In this document: positions 1 through 8,971 of the stretch, piece after piece | Numbering within the stretch: position 1 is the stretch's first letter | How the letters are laid out: every line of letters begins with the position of its first letter | Source of the DNA: a virus | Taxonomy: Duplodnaviria; Caudoviricetes | Direction: 5' to 3' (one strand) | Length of the DNA: 64,000 nucleotides | IMG/VR virus record: IMGVR_UViG_3300032092_000009 | Span: 46,869 to 110,868 of that record | Translations under genes and position numbers: made by a program | The notes under the pieces: model-generated | Told to the model about the DNA's origin: nothing | The model's database searches: none | The model's input: only the letters and a program-made list of their open reading frames with translations

Positions 1-2
1 AC

Positions 3-3000
3 TACGGTAACTTTAATGGCACTTCAGTAGTAAATTCTATTCGTTTTGGTACCTCAACAAATAACTCGACTTTTTCTGGAGACGGTGCTTGGGGAATTAA
101 ATTGTATAATGATAATGGATATATACAATTTGGTCCTGCAAATACTAGTCATGCGCATATCTATACAGACAGAGCCAACTTCTATTTTAACAAAGACATT
201 CTAATAAATGGTAACTCAGTAATTACTACATCAACTATTGGTTCACAAACTGCAGGTTCAGTTACAGGATTGACTTTAACTAGTTCTGCAAATAATCTTA
301 ACCCAGATAACGTAACTCAGAATCAAATTGGATATAATACATCTGTAAGTCTATTTGGACAAACGGATGGGGGTCTTTATTCTTCTGCATATAGTTCTAG
401 TTGGATTCATCAGATTTATGGTGATTTTAGAAGTGGACAAATTGCAGTAAGGGGAAAAAATAATGGAACATGGCAATCTTGGAGAACCATCCTAGATAGC
501 GGTAACTACACAAGTTACTCTCCCTCCCTTACAGGCAGTGGGGCTAGTGGTACCTGGGGAATCAGCATTACTGGTAACTCTGCTTATGCTACAAATAGCA
601 CTAGGTTGTATGCTTCCGACTCTCCATATACTTATGGTGGAGCAGCACCTTACTATATGTATATGAACTACGATGGAGGTAGTTACTGGGAACTCAAAGT
701 TTCTCCTGCTACTCCAGGTGCTGTAAGAGTTGCTTACTCAAACAATTCTGGAGCTGTAGGTAATATTGATGTATCTCGAATTGTTTATGGAGATGGAGCA
801 AGAGGTAGATCTACAAGTAAGATAGGCGGAAATGCTAATACTTCTGATTCTTCAAATTCTTCTGGATTTTATTTTGGAAACGCTGTTGCAGGTATGCCTA
901 GTACAGACTGGTGGAATTGGTTAACTGTAGCAGGAAATTCTTGGTCAGGAGGAGACGGTTATGCTTATCAAATGGCTGGTTCTTTCTGGGGTGACGACTT
1001 CAGATTAAGACGTATGACTAGTGGGACTTGGAATTCTTGGTTAACAATTATTCATTCTGGAAATATAGGTTCTCAATCCGTAAACTATGCAACTACTGCA
1101 GGGGCACTTAGTTCGATGAACATTTCCCAGTTCAGTAATAATTCAGGCTATTTAACAGGAATAACGTCAGGACAAGTAACAGGAGCTTTAGGATATACTC
1201 CGTATAACTCTAGTAACCCTAATGGATATATAACCTCATCAGGAAGTATTAGTGGTAATGCAGCTACGGCTACAACTGCAAATGCTTTAACCAGTATGAA
1301 CATTTCTCAGTTTACTAATAACTCTGGATACCTTACTTCCCTTCCTTCACATAATCATGATGATAGATACTACACAGAATCAGAGATTGATTCTCAGATA
1401 AGTGGAAGACTATATCAAGCTTCTGTTAATACTTTTGACTTTAATGCTTTTAACGGAACTGGTTTATATAGAGGCTCAACAGGTAGTTGGAGTAATAGAC
1501 CACCTTCAGGACATAATGGAGGAGCTGTCTTACAGATAGACACCCATCCTGGAAACTACCACTCTCAATTGTATTTTGACACAGGGGCAGAGAGACTCTA
1601 CTTCCGAAATGCTAATGCAGGAACTTGGGGAAACTGGTTGACTGTACTTCATAGTAGTAACTTTAACTTATACTCTCCTAGCCTAACGGGAAGTAATGCT
1701 AGTGGAACATGGAATATCAATGTAACTGGAAGTGCAGGATCAGTAGCATGGACTAACGTAAGTTCTCGCCCTACTGCTTTATCTCAATTTACCAACGATC
1801 TAGGCAACCTATCTTCAACAGGTGGTACAATAACTGGTGACTTAAACCTACAGTATAGTTATCCTCGTATTAATTTTTATGATACAGACAATGACTCTGA
1901 TTACTCTTTAATTAATAATAATGGTAACTTTAGTCTTTACGACATTAATAACAACGTTCATCGTTTTGTAGTCTTAGCTGGGGGAAATGTAGGAATCAAT
2001 ACTACTAGTCCTGCTAACTTACTTACCGTTAACGGCAGTACAAGAATTGTTACTCATGCCCAGCAAGGTCTATTTGGCTATGATGATCCTACAGGAGGAT
2101 CTTTTATCTGGTCGATAACTAGATATACAGACGGAGATGGTAACGATTTAAATATTAATGCTTTAGCAGGTTTTGCAGTAAAAACAGGAGCTAGTTCTCT
2201 TACCAATAGTGGACACCAGTTTTATATAAACTCAAGTGGAAACGTAGGTATAGGAACCAGACTACCTGTAGGTCAATTAAATGTATTCGGTGGAACAGGT
2301 AATAACGCTGCTATCTTAACTCTTCAATCTCAGTCTGGAGGAAACGGTAACACGGGTATTTATTTTAGGCCTTATCAAAATGAAACTTTTGCTAATAGTG
2401 CAGAAGCCCAAGCAGCTATTTTGGCTCAAGATGCTAGTTACTCTGCACATATTAAATTCCTAACCAAGGTTCCTGGCTCAGGTACAAACTCTTTAACAGA
2501 GAGAATGCGTCTTACTAGTACAGGTAATCTTCTGATAGGTACTACTACAGATAACGGATTTAAGTTAACTGTAAGCGGAACTGCTAACATTACGAACAAT
2601 GTTAAGGTAGGATCAAATACTTTTGTTGTAGATACTGTAAACAATAGAGTTGGTATCGGAGGAAGTGCTACACCATCCTACACTCTTGAGGTATTAGGTA
2701 AAGGCTTTTTTAACGAACAAGTTATTATTGCAAATGGTGAGGGTCTTTCTCTCTTGAATAATAATGTTCAGATTAAACCACCTGTAATAAACTCACTAGG
2801 TTTCTATACTGGCACAAGTGGTGCTAATGAAAGGATGCGTATCACTCCTTCAGGTAATGTAGGAATTAATACAACAAGTCCAACTACTCTTTTAAATATT
2901 AAGGGTACCAGTACTACATCAGCTCTTGCTTCTTTTAAGGTAGAAAATTTTTCAGGAGATCCTGGAATTATTGTAAATGATGCAGGTAACTTGTTAGTAG

Positions 3001-3173
3001 GAACAGCTTCTGATTCAGGAAATAGATTAGAGGTAAATGGAACAGTTAATGCAACTGGATATAAACTTAATGGAGTAACAGGTTATACAGGAATGGTTAC
3101 TATACAACAAGCACCTCCGATGCCTCCTATAACTTTTGATATTCAGAATGGTATAATCATGAGCGTCACCTAA
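3..3173 (+). CDS. Tail fibre / receptor-binding protein, 5'-truncated
   Basis: Frame is open from base 3 (YGNFNGTSVV...), so the start lies upstream. G/S/T/N-rich; repeated W-x-x-W knob-like modules (GTWQSWRTILDSGN, GTWNSWLTIIHSGN, GTWGNWLTVLHSSN); ERMRI-x-x-GNVGI repeats. Confidence 0.85.
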   Translation, partial: YGNFNGTSVVNSIRFGTSTNNSTFSGDGAWGIKLYNDNGYIQFGPANTSHAHIYTDRANFYFNKDILINGNSVITTSTIGSQTAGSVTGLTLTSSANNLNPDNVTQNQIGYNTSVSLFGQTDGGLYSSAYSSSWIHQIYGDFRSGQIAVRGKNNGTWQSWRTILDSGNYTSYSPSLTGSGASGTWGISITGNSAYATNSTRLYASDSPYTYGGAAPYYMYMNYDGGSYWELKVSPATPGAVRVAYSNNSGAVGNIDVSRIVYGDGARGRSTSKIGGNANTSDSSNSSGFYFGNAVAGMPSTDWWNWLTVAGNSWSGGDGYAYQMAGSFWGDDFRLRRMTSGTWNSWLTIIHSGNIGSQSVNYATTAGALSSMNISQFSNNSGYLTGITSGQVTGALGYTPYNSSNPNGYITSSGSISGNAATATTANALTSMNISQFTNNSGYLTSLPSHNHDDRYYTESEIDSQISGRLYQASVNTFDFNAFNGTGLYRGSTGSWSNRPPSGHNGGAVLQIDTHPGNYHSQLYFDTGAERLYFRNANAGTWGNWLTVLHSSNFNLYSPSLTGSNASGTWNINVTGSAGSVAWTNVSSRPTALSQFTNDLGNLSSTGGTITGDLNLQYSYPRINFYDTDNDSDYSLINNNGNFSLYDINNNVHRFVVLAGGNVGINTTSPANLLTVNGSTRIVTHAQQGLFGYDDPTGGSFIWSITRYTDGDGNDLNINALAGFAVKTGASSLTNSGHQFYINSSGNVGIGTRLPVGQLNVFGGTGNNAAILTLQSQSGGNGNTGIYFRPYQNETFANSAEAQAAILAQDASYSAHIKFLTKVPGSGTNSLTERMRLTSTGNLLIGTTTDNGFKLTVSGTANITNNVKVGSNTFVVDTVNNRVGIGGSATPSYTLEVLGKGFFNEQVIIANGEGLSLLNNNVQIKPPVINSLGFYTGTSGANERMRITPSGNVGINTTSPTTLLNIKGTSTTSALASFKVENFSGDPGIIVNDAGNLLVGTASDSGNRLEVNGTVNATGYKLNGVTGYTGMVTIQQAPPMPPITFDIQNGIIMSVT

Positions 3174-3181
3174 GCTACTAC

Positions 3182-3211
3182 TTGACAAAATAACTAATAA
3201 CATTATATTTG
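3182..3211 (+). promoter_or_regulatory. Bacteroidota sigmaA-type promoter (TTGAC...TATATTTG)
   Basis: TTG at 3182, TATATTTG at 3204-3211, matching the -33/-7 consensus; precedes the 3248 ORF. Confidence 0.75.
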
Positions 3212-3247
3212 TAATGTATACAAAACTAAAATTATAATTTTACAACA

Positions 3248-3751
3248 ATGGCACTTAAAATCACAAAAAGCATTGGTACCGATAAAGGTATTACCAATGA
3301 GGCATACATCCGTATTGCCGACTACCAAATTTCTAAAACTGGTAACGCTAACTTCCGTATCCAGATTTACTTGAACGAAGCAGACGCTACTCCTAACGTT
3401 TCTATGGGTCCTTCAGGTGTTGAGCAAGCACGTAACCAACAAATTGGTGAGTACTTGTCTGTATCCTTGACTAAGCAAGTAGAAGAAGTTAAGACTCGTA
3501 CTATGATGCGTCCAGTTGAAGTAGATGTAGTTAAGACTCGCACTATCACCAACGAAGAGGGTGAAGAAGTAACCGAAGAATACACTGTAAAAGAATACGT
3601 GACTGAAGAAGTTACTGAAGAGTACACTGTTACAAACACAGTTCCTGATCTATCTTCCGCAGAAGGTGTTGACATTTTTGCATTTGGCTATAGCCACTTG
3701 AAAGCCAAACTTGTCAGTTTGTTTACTGCTGGTAAGGTAGAAGACTGTTAA
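3248..3751 (+). CDS. Tail-fibre-associated protein (possible assembly chaperone)
   Basis: 167 aa directly after the fibre gene; acidic EEYTV repeats. Confidence 0.5.
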   Translation: MALKITKSIGTDKGITNEAYIRIADYQISKTGNANFRIQIYLNEADATPNVSMGPSGVEQARNQQIGEYLSVSLTKQVEEVKTRTMMRPVEVDVVKTRTITNEEGEEVTEEYTVKEYVTEEVTEEYTVTNTVPDLSSAEGVDIFAFGYSHLKAKLVSLFTAGKVEDC

Positions 3752-3752
3752 T

Positions 3753-3784
3753 TTGGCAGGATTTATAAAAAAGCATTATATTTG
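3753..3784 (+). promoter_or_regulatory. Bacteroidota-type promoter
   Basis: TTG at 3753, TATATTTG at 3777-3784. Confidence 0.65.
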
Positions 3785-3809
3785 CATAAACCAACTAAAC
3801 ATATAAATC

Positions 3810-4109
3810 ATGGCTACTAAATTAACTGAACAAGAAATCGAAGCAATCAAAGGCTTCCAGCAAAAGACTCAAAACGTAATTATGGATTTGGGTAAGATCG
3901 AACTTCAAATGAATGACTTGCTTTCTGTAAAAGAGAAGGTAAAAGAAGCAATGGCAGAAGTAGTAAAAGAACAGAATGAGTTCTTCCAGACTATCGAAGC
4001 TAGCTACGGTAAAGGTCAAATCAATTTGGATTCATTTGAATTTATTCCTGCTGAAGCACCTGTTGATGAAACTCCTGTAGTTCCTTTTACTCAGGCAGAA
4101 GTATTGTAA
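3810..4109 (+). CDS. Hypothetical coiled-coil protein
   Basis: 99-aa ORF with A-rich leader, helical with a YGKGQINLDS end; flanked by a promoter and a terminator. Confidence 0.7.
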   Translation: MATKLTEQEIEAIKGFQQKTQNVIMDLGKIELQMNDLLSVKEKVKEAMAEVVKEQNEFFQTIEASYGKGQINLDSFEFIPAEAPVDETPVVPFTQAEVL

Positions 4110-4129
4110 TTTAACTTTATTTCATAAAG

Positions 4130-4156
4130 ACCCTCAGAGAAATCTGGGGGTTTTTT
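4130..4156 (+). terminator. Rho-independent terminator
   Basis: CCCTCAGA-GAAA-TCTGGGGG stem with GNRA loop, followed by T6. Confidence 0.85.
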
Positions 4157-4173
4157 GTTTTATAGCCAACTAG

Positions 4174-4203
4174 TTGACTTATTTTTTTAAAGTTTTATCT
4201 TTG
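4174..4203 (+). promoter_or_regulatory. Bacteroidota-type promoter for the 4.2-11.9 kb operon
   Basis: TTGAC at 4174, TATCTTTG at 4196-4203. Confidence 0.7.
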
Positions 4204-4257
4204 CCCATAACCAACCTTTTCTCACTTAAGTACCGTTTATGAAAGTCCGAAGTTGCT

Positions 4258-4374
4258 TTGAACATCCTTTCAGATATCACTGTGCTAGTGAGTTTAACTG
4301 TTTTTCTCACTGTCCTGCTTTCTAAGTGGGCCATAGAAGACATTATTAAATTTTTAAGAAATAAAAAAAGGTAA
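4258..4374 (+). CDS. Putative small single-TM peptide (38 aa, TTG start)
   Basis: Manual translation MNILSDITVLVSLTVFLTVLLSKWAIEDIIKFLRNKKR; stop lies 4 nt before the next ATG. Confidence 0.35.
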   Translation: MNILSDITVLVSLTVFLTVLLSKWAIEDIIKFLRNKKR

Positions 4375-4378
4375 CTAT

Positions 4379-4627
4379 ATGAAACTATTAAACTTTATTG
4401 GCGGACTCTTCAAAGATGAGAAGGGTGTTGTCTCCATGAAACGCTTGTGCGGATTAGTATGCACAGCTACACTATGCGCTACATTGTACGCTAACTCTTT
4501 TACTGAAGCTCACTTTGCTCCTTCTGTTCCTTTGGTGGATGCGGTTGCTTTGTTGGCTTTTGGTTGTCTAGGTTTGACTTCTGTTGAGAAAATCATGAAG
4601 AAGCCAGAAGCACCTAGCGAAGACTAA
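4379..4627 (+). CDS. Holin-like small membrane protein
   Basis: 82 aa, two hydrophobic segments, S-x-K-R motif before TM1, charged C-terminus, next to a peptidoglycan-enzyme gene. Confidence 0.55.
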   Translation: MKLLNFIGGLFKDEKGVVSMKRLCGLVCTATLCATLYANSFTEAHFAPSVPLVDAVALLAFGCLGLTSVEKIMKKPEAPSED

Positions 4628-4657
4628 TTTACTATAAACTATAAACTATAAACAACT

Positions 4658-5245
4658 ATGAGCTACACAAGAGAACAAATCGAAGCGGCTATGAAAGCCA
4701 AAGGTTATAAGTACTTTGAGAATGGAGATTTTAACGTAAACATTATTGGTGTACGTAACTCTTCTACTGGTACTAAAGTAACTAACGTATTTGACGATCA
4801 CTTAACTCTTTCTTACAAAGAAGGTGGTGAGTGGAAATTTAAAATCTGGCCTGCTACTACAGATCCAGGAACTAAGGGTGTTAAAGAATTCCATAACGCT
4901 GCAGGTGTTGCACGTTTGGTACCTGGTCAATACTCAGGTTCACACCATGTAGGATTGCACCAAGGTAAGTACGAAGCCCTTAAGCAAAAGGCTAACGTTA
5001 AAGTTTACCGTGATGCTAACAAAGACATGAACTATGACGAGTCCAAGATACAAGAAGGCATCTTCGGTATTAATATTCATAAAGCTGGTGCAGACTCTAC
5101 CTACGTTGAAAACTGGAGCGAAGGTTGCCAAGTGTTCAAGAAGTCTGCTGACTTTGATGCATTCATGGTTATCTGTAAGAAGGCTGCGGCATTGGGTGGT
5201 AACTCTTTCACTTATACTCTTATTGAATCTAAAGATATCAAGTAA
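4658..5245 (+). CDS. YkuD/L,D-transpeptidase-like peptidoglycan enzyme (endolysin candidate)
   Basis: GINIH-x11-WSEGCQV resembles the YkuD His...S-x-G-C catalytic motif; no signal peptide. Confidence 0.6.
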   Translation: MSYTREQIEAAMKAKGYKYFENGDFNVNIIGVRNSSTGTKVTNVFDDHLTLSYKEGGEWKFKIWPATTDPGTKGVKEFHNAAGVARLVPGQYSGSHHVGLHQGKYEALKQKANVKVYRDANKDMNYDESKIQEGIFGINIHKAGADSTYVENWSEGCQVFKKSADFDAFMVICKKAAALGGNSFTYTLIESKDIK

Positions 5246-5716
5246 ATGAAAGGACTTCTAGTAAGTCTTTTCCTAATTCTTTCTATCCCCTGTTCTTCTC
5301 AAATCAATGTGATGAAGGCAGGGGATGGTTGGGATTTAAAGGTAGACTCGGCCTTAGCATTAATTGCTCAAACTGATGTCAACGCTTATACTAGAGTAAT
5401 AGATGTCTGCCAAGTAATAGACTTCTGGATTAGCCCCTATTCCTCTAATACAATCTCCCAAGATGGTGGAACTATATTTATCGCTACAGGAGACATAAAA
5501 ACGAATTCACTCAATAACCTAGCTTGTGTTATTGTACATGAAAGTCTTCACTTATACTACTTGTTACATCCAGTAGAACAGTCACAGGACGAAGAAGAAC
5601 TTAAGTGTTATATCTACGAGTTAGACTTTATAAAAAAACTACCAACCCCAGAGCCTTGGTTACAGGCAAATGCAATTGAACAATTACATAAATTAACTAA
5701 AACAAAAACAAAATGA
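5246..5716 (+). CDS. Secreted zincin-like metallopeptidase
   Basis: Signal peptide ending CSS-Q; VHESLH (HExxH) plus downstream EEE. Confidence 0.65.
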   Translation: MKGLLVSLFLILSIPCSSQINVMKAGDGWDLKVDSALALIAQTDVNAYTRVIDVCQVIDFWISPYSSNTISQDGGTIFIATGDIKTNSLNNLACVIVHESLHLYYLLHPVEQSQDEEELKCYIYELDFIKKLPTPEPWLQANAIEQLHKLTKTKTK

Positions 5717-7611
5717 ATAAACTATTTAAAGTAATCATCGGGGTGTTGACATTGTTGGTTGGCAATGTATCAGCACAAAGTTCTGCTACCTCTCCAGGTA
5801 CAGGTCATTGGGTTGTAATCGACTCAGGTTATCAAGTAGCTACAAACACTGTAGGACAGACTGTAGCTCCTCTACACTTCTACAATACCTCTACTTCTGA
5901 AAAGATCACAGGTATGCAGTTCCGTGTATTCTACGATAAGACAGCTTTCACAGCAGTTGTTCCTTCTCTTAAGATTTCTTCTACTGATCAATACTTGCAG
6001 TATGTAGATAGTAACACACAAGGTTTCTTAACTGTTACATTGGCTTACACTGGATCTAGCTCAACATTTAACTACTCTAATGGAGCTACATTTGATCTTA
6101 CCTTCACACACGCAAGCGCAGCTGTATGGAACACATTGGATTCTATTAAGACTCTTAAGGTATCAGGTGTTAAATCATTCGCTAACAAAGCCGCTACTAA
6201 CTGGGGTAACGATACTACTTTAGTAGTTTACTCTTATGGTGGTCGCTTCAACCAGAAAGTATTAAGATTTGCTGCTAAGTTTAAAAACGTAACAGGTTCT
6301 GACGCTAAGAACTTGTGGGTGTCTTTGGAAAAGAAAGCTCCTTCAGGATCTTGGACTCAAGTAGAAGCTAAAGCAACTAACTCTAGTGGTGTTGTTGTAT
6401 TCCGTAAATTCTTGGATACTACTTACTGGGATGTACGTATGGTTGTTAAGGGAGATACTATGACCCCTGGTAACGTATTCTCTACTGCAGATGCACAGAA
6501 AATTAACCAGTCTATTCTAGGTCAATATGTTGCTTCAGGATTTGACTACTACACTATGGACGTAAACGGAACTGATGGAACTATTTCTATTGCTGATGTT
6601 TACTCTGTATACGGACGTTTGGCAGGTAGATTCTCTGCATGGCCTAATTCTAAGAAGGATGTAATGTTCTTTACAGTTGCTGAGTACAACTCAATTAATG
6701 GATCTGCTACTAACTTAACTTCTACTTACTCTACTATTAATAACTTTAACTACACAATTGACGGTAGAGATTCTATCACTTACTACGTAGCTGTTAAAGG
6801 TGATGCTAACTCTACAGGATTTAAGATGGCTCGTTTAACACCTATTAAGATTGTTAACCCAGCTAATGCTAAGCGTTACATCATTGACGAGACTGTAGAA
6901 TACGACTTCCCTGCAGAAACTATTGAGATCAACATGCCTAAAGTAACTGTAGACGAAGGTAACTTGGTTAACGTACCAGTTAAAGTACTGACTAACGGAA
7001 AGAACTTAGGTGCACTACAATTAGACTTGCGTTATGACACTGCTTACTTAGAGTTTAAGAAAGTAGAAAACACTGAGAAGATGATGAAGTGGACTTCTTA
7101 CTTGAACCCTTCTAATGGAATCATTTCTTGGGGAGCTGCTGACTTGACTAACGAGAACATGCTTAATGACGGAGAGCAAGTATTCACTCTTCAATTTATC
7201 GCTAAGAAGCCACAAGACTCTTGGGCTACTGCAGCTTTGTGGACAGGTGCTAAATACGTAGGAGACAAAAACTCTAAAGACATGAACATTACCCCTGCTA
7301 TGGGAGTAATTGAAGTACGTAGAATTAACAAGGGAGTTGTTTCACTTAATGACTTGAACTCTATTATTACTTTTCCTAACCCTACAGAAGGTCCAGTACA
7401 AATACAATTCAAGATCAAAGAAGACAGCGAAGTAGACGTAGCTATCTCTGATGAGGTGGGAAGACGTGTACAAACGATTTTAAGAGAAAGAATGCCTGCA
7501 GGTAAGTACAAGTATAATACAAACCTAGATCGTCTCCCTAATGGCTTCTATGTACTTTCTGTAACAACTCAAAAAGAAATCTTACACTCCAAAATAATCG
7601 TACAAAAATGA
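5713..7611 (+). CDS. Secreted cohesin / dockerin-like / cohesin protein with T9SS type-A C-terminal sorting domain
   Basis: Signal peptide VSA-Q; cohesin-like ITGMQFRVFYD and VNVPVKV..LGALQLDLRYD..LEF; Ca-loop DVNGTDGTISIAD; C-terminal FPNP...DEVGRRV...LPNGFYVL...KIIVQK. Confidence 0.8.
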   Translation: MNKLFKVIIGVLTLLVGNVSAQSSATSPGTGHWVVIDSGYQVATNTVGQTVAPLHFYNTSTSEKITGMQFRVFYDKTAFTAVVPSLKISSTDQYLQYVDSNTQGFLTVTLAYTGSSSTFNYSNGATFDLTFTHASAAVWNTLDSIKTLKVSGVKSFANKAATNWGNDTTLVVYSYGGRFNQKVLRFAAKFKNVTGSDAKNLWVSLEKKAPSGSWTQVEAKATNSSGVVVFRKFLDTTYWDVRMVVKGDTMTPGNVFSTADAQKINQSILGQYVASGFDYYTMDVNGTDGTISIADVYSVYGRLAGRFSAWPNSKKDVMFFTVAEYNSINGSATNLTSTYSTINNFNYTIDGRDSITYYVAVKGDANSTGFKMARLTPIKIVNPANAKRYIIDETVEYDFPAETIEINMPKVTVDEGNLVNVPVKVLTNGKNLGALQLDLRYDTAYLEFKKVENTEKMMKWTSYLNPSNGIISWGAADLTNENMLNDGEQVFTLQFIAKKPQDSWATAALWTGAKYVGDKNSKDMNITPAMGVIEVRRINKGVVSLNDLNSIITFPNPTEGPVQIQFKIKEDSEVDVAISDEVGRRVQTILRERMPAGKYKYNTNLDRLPNGFYVLSVTTQKEILHSKIIVQK

Positions 7612-7955
7612 ACATTAAAAAAGCACTTGGTTTTAGCCAAGCAGAACCAGTAGTAGTAGATCCTAAGAATAGGTTCTATTATATGCTACAACAAATGCAA
7701 GCCAATCGTTGGAAGATCACTGCTATCGTATTAGGTTTGTTCTTCTTTATTATCCTTGGTATTAACTCAGCTGTATTCTTCGGAGTAGAGATTGCGGAGA
7801 ACTGGAAAGAAATGTTGCTTATTCTTTTTGGAGCATTCGTAGGTAATTTGAACAAAGTAGTAGACTACTGGTTTAATTCTGAAGATCGAGATAAGATGCT
7901 AATACAGAAGGTGGATGAGGAAGATGGTGAATCATTGTCAAATAATAATCCATAA
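7608..7955 (+). CDS. Two-TM membrane protein
   Basis: Hydrophobic ITAIVLGLFFFIILGI and MLLILFGAFVG, then VVDYWFNS; ATGA overlap with the previous gene. Confidence 0.65.
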   Translation: MNIKKALGFSQAEPVVVDPKNRFYYMLQQMQANRWKITAIVLGLFFFIILGINSAVFFGVEIAENWKEMLLILFGAFVGNLNKVVDYWFNSEDRDKMLIQKVDEEDGESLSNNNP

Positions 7956-7959
7956 TAAT

Positions 7960-8283
7960 ATGTCAGAAGAACAAGAAGAAAGCGTAATGTCAGCTACTAA
8001 GAAAGCTATCATTGGCGCAGTCACCACTGCTGTAACTGCAGGAGGTGCATGGTTTGCCACTCACTTTGGTGGCGGTGAAGAACCTAAAGAAGAAGCTAAA
8101 ACAGAACAAGCACCCGCTGCTGCTCCTGTGATTAACTTGAATCTAGAGAACAACAACACTAACCAGCAGAAACAATCTTCAGGTGGAACTACTACTATCA
8201 TCAAAGAAAGAACAGTAGAAAAACCTGCAGCTCAATCTGCTCCTGCAACCAAACCACAAGCTGATGAGGAAGATCCTTGGTAA
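7960..8283 (+). CDS. Small membrane-anchored low-complexity protein
   Basis: ATG at 7960, just after the previous stop; KKAIIGAVTTAVTAGGAWF anchor, then P/A/N/Q-rich. Confidence 0.6.
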   Translation: MSEEQEESVMSATKKAIIGAVTTAVTAGGAWFATHFGGGEEPKEEAKTEQAPAAAPVINLNLENNNTNQQKQSSGGTTTIIKERTVEKPAAQSAPATKPQADEEDPW

Positions 8284-8971
8284 ATGGTTTAACAAGTTCA
8301 TGACTCTTGTAGTCTTGACCTTAGCAGGTTGTGGTTCTATGAAGACTACTACCGAAGAAGATAAAGTGGAGGTTAAAGACATCTCCACTGTATCTAATTA
8401 TAGTGATTCTATTAAAAAAACAGTACAAGTGGTAAGCGTAGATATGACCAAGGTACTTGCTCTTTATCCTGCTCTTCAGGAAAAGAACGTAGGTCTTGGA
8501 TTTGCAGAATCTGTTTTGGATTATTTGGATGAAACAAACAGATTTATATTTACGGAAGAAAAATCAGAGATCAAAGAAAGAATGGTCACTCAATTCAAAG
8601 CATCAAAGAAAGGCGTATTCGATGAGCCTATTGATGGCAAAGGTAAGATTAAGCCTGCTCACTACTTTGTGTATGTTACTGTGGCTGATTTTGCTGTTGA
8701 TGAAGACGAGCAAGTTGATGGCCTTAAGTCAAAAGTTGTTGTCACTACCTTCATTCGTTTACAAGTTCGCTTTGTGGACGCTAAAACAGGTCAGATCTAT
8801 ATTGGATCTGGCGAAGGAGAGTCGACTAAGACTGGTGAATCATTCTTAAAATCTTTAGATGATATGAAGTTCTCTCAAAGCACAGTAGGTAAAGCTACTC
8901 GTAAATCTTTGGAGACAGCTTGTACTAATGTGATTCAAAATCTCATTAAGTCAGGTGTATTTAAAAACTAA
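8264..8971 (+). CDS. CsgG/HfaB-family-like lipoprotein
   Basis: Lipobox LAGC; LDETNRFIFTEE and LQVRFVDAKTGQI..GSGEG segments typical of the CsgG/HfaB fold. Confidence 0.65.
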   Translation: MRKILGKWFNKFMTLVVLTLAGCGSMKTTTEEDKVEVKDISTVSNYSDSIKKTVQVVSVDMTKVLALYPALQEKNVGLGFAESVLDYLDETNRFIFTEEKSEIKERMVTQFKASKKGVFDEPIDGKGKIKPAHYFVYVTVADFAVDEDEQVDGLKSKVVVTTFIRLQVRFVDAKTGQIYIGSGEGESTKTGESFLKSLDDMKFSQSTVGKATRKSLETACTNVIQNLIKSGVFKN

